Origin: an uncultured Oscillospiraceae bacterium
GTDB lineage: Bacteria; Bacillota; Clostridia; Christensenellales; Aristaeellaceae
DNA length: 64,000 bases
Direction: 5' to 3'
NCBI GenBank assembly: GCA_964497495.1
Contig: CAZCCZ010000002.1
Span: 72,134 to 136,133 of the forward strand
The notes under the pieces were generated by a model. That model ran no database searches and was not told the DNA's origin. It saw only the letters and a program-made list of their open reading frames with translations. Numbering within the stretch: the first letter of the stretch is position 1; each line of letters opens with the position of its first letter. Both the position numbers and the translations under genes were made by a program. Positions 29,951 through 36,924 of the stretch are shown in pieces.

Positions 29951-30896
29951 AAAGCGCAGGGTCAGCATATCAGACCTTACGCTTTACATCGGCGCGGTCG
30001 CAATTTTCCTGGTGCTTACGGTCGCCTGCAACCTGGCCGGTAAAAACTTTCTGACGCTGGTCAACATCCAGAACATCATTAAGCAGTCCAGCGTCATCGC
30101 GGTTACGGCCATCGGCGCGTCGCTTGTGATCCTGACCGGCGGCATCGACCTGAGCGTGGGCTCGGTGGTGGCCTTCGTGGGTATCGCCTGCGGCATGATG
30201 CTGAAAAGCGGCGTGGCCATTCCGGTGGTCGTGTGCCTGGCGCTGCTGATCGGCGCGTCGTTCGGCCTGGTCAGCGGCGTGCTCATCAGCTTTGGCAAGG
30301 TGCCCGCCTTCATCACCACGCTGGGCATGATGAACGTCGGGCGCGGGCTGGCGCTGCTGATTAACGGCGGCAAGCCCATCTCCGGCCTTTCCAGCGACCT
30401 GAAGATGCTGATGAATTTTAAGATCGCCGGCATCCCGATTTCCATCTTCTACGTGTTCGTGCTGTACGCGCTGGTGATCGTCATGATGAGCTACACCCGT
30501 TTCGGCCGGCATATCTACGCCCTGGGCGGCAACGCGGCCGCGGCCAAGCTGTCCGGCGTCAATATCCGCAGGACCGAGCTTTCCTGCTACGTGCTGGCGG
30601 GCATCCTCTCCGCCGTGGGCGGCATCATGCTGCTGTCCCGCCTCTCCTACGCCGACCCCAACGCCGGTTCCGGCTACGAAATGAACGCCATCGCCAGTGC
30701 GGTTATCGGCGGCATATCGCTCTCCGGCGGCCGAGGCAAAATCGGCAACACGCTGGTCGGCGCGCTGATTCTGGGCGCTCTCACCTGCGGCTTGCAAATC
30801 CTCAACATCTCCACCTATTGGCAGACGATCATCGCGGGCGCCGTGATCATCGCCGCCGTGTATGCGGACAAGTCTAAGGAACGCAAGGCCGAGTGA
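29931..30896 (+). CDS. CUT2 ABC transporter permease
   Basis: RbsC-like multi-TM protein. 20-nt overlap with the ATPase gene. Confidence 0.88.
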   Translation: MKQQSVEKRRVSISDLTLYIGAVAIFLVLTVACNLAGKNFLTLVNIQNIIKQSSVIAVTAIGASLVILTGGIDLSVGSVVAFVGIACGMMLKSGVAIPVVVCLALLIGASFGLVSGVLISFGKVPAFITTLGMMNVGRGLALLINGGKPISGLSSDLKMLMNFKIAGIPISIFYVFVLYALVIVMMSYTRFGRHIYALGGNAAAAKLSGVNIRRTELSCYVLAGILSAVGGIMLLSRLSYADPNAGSGYEMNAIASAVIGGISLSGGRGKIGNTLVGALILGALTCGLQILNISTYWQTIIAGAVIIAAVYADKSKERKAE

Positions 30897-30951
30897 CCGG
30901 GTTTTACGAAATTATACCGAGAGGTATAAGAATATGAAGGAGGTTTGTCTC

Positions 30952-31992
30952 ATGAAGAAATGGTTGTCTCTGCTGGTTGCCCTGACGATGGTTTTCTCTT
31001 TTAGCGTAGCCGCCGTCGCGGAAGCCGCCGCCACCCCGAACGAAAGCGCCACGCTGGAAGAAGTCGCCGCCGCCCTGCAACCGGCCGCCGACGGGAACTA
31101 CTCGGACCTCTTCATCGGTTTCGTGGGCATGACGCTGAACAACGAGTTCCACATCGTGCTTGCCAATGCCGCCCAGCAGGAAGCCGGCAAGTACGGCGTG
31201 AAGCTGGAAGTGGAAGCGGGCGCCACGCACGCCAGCGCCGATACGCAGCTGGCCATCGTTGAAAACTACATTTCCCAGGGCGTGGACGGCATCCTGCTGG
31301 TGCCCAGCTCCTCCGAGGGCCTCGTGGCCGCCATCCAGGCCTGCGCCGAGGCGAACATTCCCATCATCAACCTGGACACCAAGCTGACCGACGACGTGCT
31401 GGCCGAAGCCGGCATGGACATTCCCTACTTCGGCACCAACAACTACGAGGGCTCCAAGCTCGCGGGTCAGTGGGTGGTTGAGAACATGCCCCAGGGCGTC
31501 GTGACCGCCATCCTCACCGGCATCGACGGCCAGACCAATGCCGCCGACCGCTACAACGGCTTTATGGACGTCGCCGGCGACCACGTGAAGCTGGTGGCCA
31601 CGCAGACCGCCAACTGGGAAGTGGATCAGGGCTACACCGCCGCGCAGAACATCATCCAGGCCAACCCGGACCTGCAGCTGATCGTCTGCGGCAACGACAA
31701 CATGGGCATCGGCGCGCTGAGCGCGGTACAGGAAGCGGGCCTACAGGACCAGATCTCCATCATCGGCTTCGACGCCGTGAGCCAGGCGCTGCAGTACGTG
31801 AAGTCCGGCGATTTCACCGCGACCGTCGCGCAGTATCCCGCCAAGATGGGCGTGCTGGGCGTGGACGCCATGATCCAGCTCCTGACCGGCCATAAGGACA
31901 TCGTGCCGCTGTCCACCGACACCGGCTGCGAACTCGTGACCTCCGCCAACGTGGATTCCTTCATCGAGTACGTCGCCCAGTTTACCAAGTAA
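30952..31992 (+). CDS. CUT2 sugar-binding protein
   Basis: ATG 30952 follows SD GAAGGAGG. Signal peptide MKKWLSLLVALTMVFSFSVAAVA. Confidence 0.85.
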   Translation: MKKWLSLLVALTMVFSFSVAAVAEAAATPNESATLEEVAAALQPAADGNYSDLFIGFVGMTLNNEFHIVLANAAQQEAGKYGVKLEVEAGATHASADTQLAIVENYISQGVDGILLVPSSSEGLVAAIQACAEANIPIINLDTKLTDDVLAEAGMDIPYFGTNNYEGSKLAGQWVVENMPQGVVTAILTGIDGQTNAADRYNGFMDVAGDHVKLVATQTANWEVDQGYTAAQNIIQANPDLQLIVCGNDNMGIGALSAVQEAGLQDQISIIGFDAVSQALQYVKSGDFTATVAQYPAKMGVLGVDAMIQLLTGHKDIVPLSTDTGCELVTSANVDSFIEYVAQFTK

Positions 31993-32016
31993 CCCGAACG
32001 AACGGTCTGTTACCGC

Positions 32017-32045
32017 GCCCGCCGCGCTATCAACGCGCGGCGGGC
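32017..32045 (+). other. 11-bp GC stem-loop after the SBP gene
   Basis: GCCCGCCGCGC-tatcaac-GCGCGGCGGGC. Confidence 0.5.
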
Positions 32046-32074
32046 CTTCTCCAACGACGAGGGGGCTGACACGA

Positions 32075-32734
32075 ATGAACTTCAAGAAACTGATTATCGA
32101 ATCCGGCGTGAAAATGATCGACGGGGGATATACCGTGGAAACCTGGGGCAACATCAGTTGCCGCGACCCTGAAACCGGTAAAATCTACATCACGCCCAGC
32201 GGCATGGATTACTCCCTGCTGACCGAGGACGACGTGGTGGTGGTGGATATCGACGGCAACGTGACCGAGGGCAAGCGCCGCCCCAGCATCGAAACCGGCC
32301 TGCACTGCGGCGTTTACCGCGCGCGGGCGGACGTGAACGCCGTGATCCACACGCACCCCATCTACTCCACCGTGTTCTCCTGCATGGGTGAGGACATCCC
32401 CATGCTGATCGACGAGGCCGCCCAATGCTTCGGCGACGTATGCCGCGTGGCGGAATACGCGCTGCCCGGCTCCAGGGAACTGGCCGACAACTGCGTGAAA
32501 ACGCTCGGCGAAACCTCCAACTGCTGCCTGCTGAAAAGTCACGGCGCCGTTTGCCTGGGCGCTGACATGAAATGCGCGTTCCGCGCCGTGAAGGTGCTGG
32601 AGGTCACCGCGCAGATTTACCAGCTCATCCGCGCGTGCGGCGGCTCCTACCAGCCGATTTCCAAAGAAAATATCGAAAAGATGCAATACTTCGTGGCGCA
32701 CCTCTACGGCCAGGGCTGCTCCTGCGACTGCTGA
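32075..32734 (+). CDS. class II aldolase/adducin-family protein (FucA/RhaD-like)
   Basis: TWGNIS, ITPSG and AVIHTHP His-metal motifs. Confidence 0.85.
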   Translation: MNFKKLIIESGVKMIDGGYTVETWGNISCRDPETGKIYITPSGMDYSLLTEDDVVVVDIDGNVTEGKRRPSIETGLHCGVYRARADVNAVIHTHPIYSTVFSCMGEDIPMLIDEAAQCFGDVCRVAEYALPGSRELADNCVKTLGETSNCCLLKSHGAVCLGADMKCAFRAVKVLEVTAQIYQLIRACGGSYQPISKENIEKMQYFVAHLYGQGCSCDC

Positions 32735-32747
32735 CGCGCGACGTGGC

Positions 32748-32785
32748 GCCGGGCCCCCGCCCTCCCCGGAGGACGGGGGCCCGGC
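32748..32785 (+). terminator. terminator-like 12-bp GC hairpin ending the GRE-locus operon
   Basis: GCCGGGCCCCCG-14 nt-CGGGGGCCCGGC followed by TTGTT. Confidence 0.55.
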
Positions 32786-32828
32786 TTGTTCAGCCGTTCG
32801 CTTTCCACAGGGGGAACGGCCCCATGCC

Positions 32829-32857
32829 TTGACAAGCGCAACCCGTTCCTTTACAAT
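32829..32857 (+). promoter_or_regulatory. native tRNA-Arg promoter TTGACA-17-TACAAT, now orphaned
   Basis: TTGACA agcgcaacccgttcctt TACAAT, 17 nt before the truncated tRNA 5' half. Lies in GC-rich host-like DNA. Confidence 0.7.
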
Positions 32858-32869
32858 GGCTTTCGGCTT

Positions 32870-32916
32870 CCCTTGCGCCTATAGCTCAGCAGGATAGAGC
32901 GTCCGCCTCCTAAGCG
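32870..32916 (+). repeat. left direct repeat (attL-like), 47 nt
   Basis: Identical to 38163-38209 except C32879 versus T38172. Confidence 0.9.
32875..32916 (+). pseudogene. displaced 5' half of tRNA-Arg(CCT), positions 1 to the anticodon loop
   Basis: GCGCCTATAGCTCAGCAGGATAGAGCGTCCGCCTCCTAAGCG, after which the sequence diverges into AT-rich DNA. No T-arm or 3' acceptor strand. Confidence 0.85.
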
Positions 32917-33192
32917 TAGAATGGGCGCGATCATAACTGATTAGCACATTATTAAACAGAGAAGAATGGCGTATAAATATTCAGCCTGTGAGTTCCGTCA
33001 AGGAGCCTTTTTTATATTGCTGAACATGAATTTTTTGGTGACCATATAAGGCTAGCCCTCATCCTTACCAAGGGGCATTAAAAAGCATATTGGGCAGTAA
33101 AAAGACGAACTTTCGATGGACAGCACTGGCTATTAAAAATGGCGTTTCTACATTGTGTCTGTAGTACTCCACTCATTGTCTAATCTACAAAA

Positions 33193-34335
33193 TCACCTTG
33201 TTGAGCGTCCGCCTCCTTCTCCGGCTTCCTGTTGACAATAAGAATTGTTGTAATAATTTTCAAGCGTACTCCATGTGCGATTAATTTCAGCATTAAATAA
33301 ATCTGTATGATATTCTATAAAAGCAGAATCTTTGACACATGGATCAATGATATTAAGTTCTTTTCTATGTCCTGATGAACATGCACTCTTGATCCTTGTT
33401 GATAGTTCACTATCATTATTCATAAAAGTTTTTCCTACGAGCCAAATCTCTGAGGATAAAGAAAGCGAATCATTAAAGGCAGTGAGGTGAGTAGTCAGAA
33501 TACTGCTTTCATAATATATCTCTTCTTTATCCTTCACTGGATATATTAATATATGAGGAGAGACCCCATCATTATCTGGGCTTGGCAACCCATCTACCAG
33601 TAGATTATAATATACATCCTGTCTATACATGTTATAAAACCAATTCAATGAGCCATGAAGTTTGATCAATCTTACAGGATCTGAGTGTGGGTATTTTTTT
33701 GCAATATAAACCCCCTTGAATCCTAAATTCGAAAATGAACGCTCATCAAGTTTTTCCATGTTGAGTAATGTATAGTCTGCTATTTCATCATAATTAAAGG
33801 AAATGACTGTGTCTTCCTGTGAGAGCATTTGAAATAGTTTTTCATGGTATATGCAATGTCGGTTGTGCCCCAACGCTAAGAACATATAATTATAAAAATC
33901 ATCTGCAAACAAAGTTTGGAAATTCGTGTAAGCGATATATTGCTCAGCTAATTCTCTGTGCGTTTGAGCATATGTCAATATATTGTGGACAATGGGATAG
34001 TATGAAATATCAGTTGTAAAATTATATATATATTGGGGCATACTTAATATCATCTTTAAGGTTTCTTCTTGAAAAAAAACATACTTTGGTTCTATTTTAA
34101 CTCTTGCTTTTTCTATATAAAATAATGCAGTACAATACATTTCAAAGTCATTATCAACACCTGAATACACATATAACTCATTAAAATCCTTAATTAGTTG
34201 TTCATCTCTTTCTTGATAGTGGTTGTGTGTATTTGGCACCACTTTATGTAAGTCCTTGAGCAATGGAATTTTCATGGAGTTTGCACAACTACAACCGTAT
34301 GACGCACCAGCACCGAGTATTATAAGCTTTGACAT
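33193..34335 (-). CDS. stand-alone SIR2-like (SIR2_2/ThsA-type) domain protein, candidate NADase
   Basis: Ordered blocks IILGAGAS (aa 5-12), ISFNYDEIADY (N181-Y-D), IKLHGSLNW (H227-G) and IWLVGKTFMNNDSE (aa 297-310). SD AGAGGGA. Low-GC island cargo. Confidence 0.65.
   Translation of the reverse strand: MSKLIILGAGASYGCSCANSMKIPLLKDLHKVVPNTHNHYQERDEQLIKDFNELYVYSGVDNDFEMYCTALFYIEKARVKIEPKYVFFQEETLKMILSMPQYIYNFTTDISYYPIVHNILTYAQTHRELAEQYIAYTNFQTLFADDFYNYMFLALGHNRHCIYHEKLFQMLSQEDTVISFNYDEIADYTLLNMEKLDERSFSNLGFKGVYIAKKYPHSDPVRLIKLHGSLNWFYNMYRQDVYYNLLVDGLPSPDNDGVSPHILIYPVKDKEEIYYESSILTTHLTAFNDSLSLSSEIWLVGKTFMNNDSELSTRIKSACSSGHRKELNIIDPCVKDSAFIEYHTDLFNAEINRTWSTLENYYNNSYCQQEAGEGGGRSTR
33203..33217 (+). 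repeat. third att-like fragment (15-nt exact match to the tRNA core)
   Basis: GAGCGTCCGCCTCCT equals the D-stem 3' strand through the anticodon loop of the tRNA. Lies inside the last codons of the SIR2-like ORF. Confidence 0.7.
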
Positions 34336-34511
34336 AAGTATCCCTCTTTCTATTTTGTCAATTAAGTATATTGTAAGTTTCTGTTGGAAGCAAATGAAAC
34401 ATTATATGTTTGACTTTACCCAAAACGACCGTATTTGATAATTATCCATAAAATTAGGAATAGTGCTGAAAACAAGCAGATTTTAATATCAAAACCCATA
34501 TCATAAACATA

Positions 34512-34540
34512 TTGACATTAAACCCCGTATATGATACAAT
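34512..34540 (+). promoter_or_regulatory. serine recombinase promoter TTGACA-17-TACAAT
   Basis: TTGACA ttaaaccccgtatatga TACAAT. Confidence 0.65.
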
Positions 34541-34549
34541 TCATATATG
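34526..34549. promoter_or_regulatory. res/operator-like inverted repeat overlapping the -10 box
   Basis: CGTATATGA-tacaat-TCATATATG, 8 of 9 positions complementary. Confidence 0.4.
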
Positions 34550-34561
34550 GAGGTGTTCTTT

Positions 34562-35125
34562 ATGAAGCTTGGTTATGCAAGGGTTAGCACACTAGATCAG
34601 TCGCTTGATCGTCAGCTTGATAGTCTTAACGCTCAGGGCTGTGAACGTATCTATCAAGAGAAGATAACTGGTACAAAGGCGCATCGTCCAGAGTTGGATA
34701 GAATGATGGAAACCTTGCGTTCTGGAGATGCGTTAGTGGTTGACAGTTTCAGCCGATTGAGCAGAAGCACTAAAGACCTTCTTGAAATGGTGGATCGTCT
34801 GCAAAAGATGAACGTCAGCCTAATCAGTCTGAAAGAGAATCTTGATACGACTACTGCAACTGGCAAGCTGATGCTCACTATGATGTCTGCTTTAAGCCAA
34901 TTTGAGCGCGATATCATAGCTGAGCGAACGGCGGAGGGATTAAGAGCAGCACGCGCAAGGGGAAGGCTTGGAGGCCGTCCTAAGGCGAATACGAAGGCAA
35001 TAGAACAAGCTTTAAAGATGTACGATTCACAGAAGTTCACTATTCGGGAAATTGCTGATAGCACAAAGCTCAGCACCGCGACCATCAATAGGCGAGTGGC
35101 AGAGCGAAAGAGGGTTAACCCCTAA
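34562..35125 (+). CDS. small serine recombinase (resolvase/invertase family)
   Basis: MKLGYARVSTLDQSLDRQ catalytic-Ser N-terminus and C-terminal HTH TIREIADSTKLSTATINRRV. ATG 34562 follows SD GGAGG. Confidence 0.9.
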   Translation: MKLGYARVSTLDQSLDRQLDSLNAQGCERIYQEKITGTKAHRPELDRMMETLRSGDALVVDSFSRLSRSTKDLLEMVDRLQKMNVSLISLKENLDTTTATGKLMLTMMSALSQFERDIIAERTAEGLRAARARGRLGGRPKANTKAIEQALKMYDSQKFTIREIADSTKLSTATINRRVAERKRVNP

Positions 35126-35469
35126 TAATTGATTTGAAGTTGTTATGGGGGATGTTTACAAAAACCCCATTCAGCTTCTTTTTCATATACCTATATAGCA
35201 CTTTGAGAAAACAAAAATGAAGAAATTTTATTTTGAAGGTAATGTGGCAACGCGCCTATAATCATCCAATAAAACTCACAAGATACATGCAACCTGTGTC
35301 ACATTCTAATGATATATATAGATTGATCGTTTAATATATTGTGCTTCACTCCAACATAAGCATGGTTTGTGGGTAAATACCATAAAAACCCTTTGCTTTC
35401 AACGATTTTGGAATGAATTTGGATGATATTTGGATGTGAATGAAATGCAGAAAAAGTTTTGTTACCCTC

Positions 35470-35498
35470 TTGACAGATGATTTAGCATGTGATATATT
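35470..35498 (+). promoter_or_regulatory. promoter TTGACA-17-(TGa)TATATT upstream of the Rep-like gene
   Basis: TTGACA gatgatttagcatgtga TATATT, with an extended -10 TG. Confidence 0.55.
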
Positions 35499-35597
35499 TA
35501 TGTTTCCCCGACTAGGGGATAGTTTTATTTATGCTATTTTAGATTTGCTGACTAGAATAGCACATTATTCTGGGAATATGGTGAAGTTAGGAGGCAC

Positions 35598-36464
35598 GTG
35601 GAAAACCTTGAATCATTTCAATTTGAACCCTTTGTACACACATTTTCGTTTATAACAGAAGATATTGTTTATCAAAAAGGCGATACTGTATACAAACCAC
35701 AATACGTACGTAATATTTATCGCCATCCCGATTCGACAACGTTCACCATAAATCCAAATAAGGTATGTGGTGAGCTTCGTAGCATAAAAGCCTTGGGAAA
35801 GGCAATTCACTGCATTATGGATGACCTTGGTATTAGAAAGATATGTTTCACACGAATTGACTTTTGCTTTAACACCTGCGTAGATTTTGAAAAATGCTAT
35901 AAAATCAATGACTTAATAAAAAAACTGTACGGCCTAATAATAAAATCAAGAAATTCATATTATACCTTTGGAGATGATCATCAAAAACGCAGTACCAAAG
36001 TTGATCATAAATCATCTTCACAAGAAACCTATAATAAGAAAATAGAAAGCAACGGATGTTCCCCTTATAGCACACGGCTGGAGTTTCGCTTCTACCGTGG
36101 GAAACCTATCAGGGGTGTTGAAATGCTTGTACAACATCTTCGTACTGTGTTGATCAATCTACCTAAGTATTATAACGCATTGGTTGATCAGCATTATGAA
36201 TATCTTTGTGCTGCATATGAACGGGAACGACAAAGCGATTATGAAGGCCGTATATTATCTGTTGCAGAATTTATCACAAAGTATGCCAACTCATTCTTTT
36301 GTTATGAGCTGACAAAGAAGTTTTATAATCATTATCGTACTGGGTCATTTAAAGGTTGGCTGTGTGGTTATCGGAAGAAGCACGTTCTAACATTCTATGC
36401 CCCAAAAGATGTACAAGAATATTTATCTTTGCTTCAACGGTCACTTGATGAATATACAAAGTAA
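35598..36464 (+). CDS. Rep_trans-like replication initiator/relaxase (tentative)
   Basis: Blocks FVHTFSF, CFTRIDFCFN and ETYNKKIES..STRLEFRF resemble the D.L.FT / R.D.A.D / YDK..E...R.E.. pattern of PF02486 proteins. GTG start lies only 3 nt after AGGAGG, so the start is uncertain. Confidence 0.4.
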   Translation: MENLESFQFEPFVHTFSFITEDIVYQKGDTVYKPQYVRNIYRHPDSTTFTINPNKVCGELRSIKALGKAIHCIMDDLGIRKICFTRIDFCFNTCVDFEKCYKINDLIKKLYGLIIKSRNSYYTFGDDHQKRSTKVDHKSSSQETYNKKIESNGCSPYSTRLEFRFYRGKPIRGVEMLVQHLRTVLINLPKYYNALVDQHYEYLCAAYERERQSDYEGRILSVAEFITKYANSFFCYELTKKFYNHYRTGSFKGWLCGYRKKHVLTFYAPKDVQEYLSLLQRSLDEYTK

Positions 36465-36924
36465 ATAGAGTATTGACCACAGAACGCTAGTACGAACAGA
36501 ACTATGTACTGAAAGCGTTGTTACCTCTATGTTTTCATAATCCATCGTGATTGATGTTGTCTAATTTGTATACCTTAATATAGTTTGCAGTAACTATGAT
36601 ACTGTGCTTACCAATTCCCAGAACCGTCTTTCAGCAAGAAAATCGACTGCTTAATAATTATAATAATATAGATATTGAAAGAAGAATTTTATGGTAGAAA
36701 CTAATCCATCCAGCTTATTTGGAATGCAATTTTCTGGCCTTATGAATAATAATTTTGACAATATAAACAATAATGATTACAATAATATGGTATCTTGTTA
36801 TGCTTTGCTTGGACAAGCTTTTCTTGCTGGTTGCAAAATGCAAGCAGGATACGCCCAGAACCTTGACAATGGAATACCACAGGCTGATTTGATTCATGCG
36901 CCATTGACGGAAGGAGAATCCACA

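Noticed and set aside
35440-35655. 71-aa ORF upstream of and overlapping the Rep-like gene, considered as a possible small regulator, antitoxin or excisionase.
   Set aside because: It spans the predicted promoter and hairpin, has no SD and shows no HTH-like pattern. It is probably non-coding, although a small protein cannot be excluded.
36691-36924. 78-codon Asn-rich extension upstream of the integrase.
   Set aside because: The sequence is low-complexity AT-rich. A strong SD (GAAGGAGA) precedes ATG 36925, whose product starts with a typical integrase arm-binding N-terminus (MAKRKQKRVEIDG).
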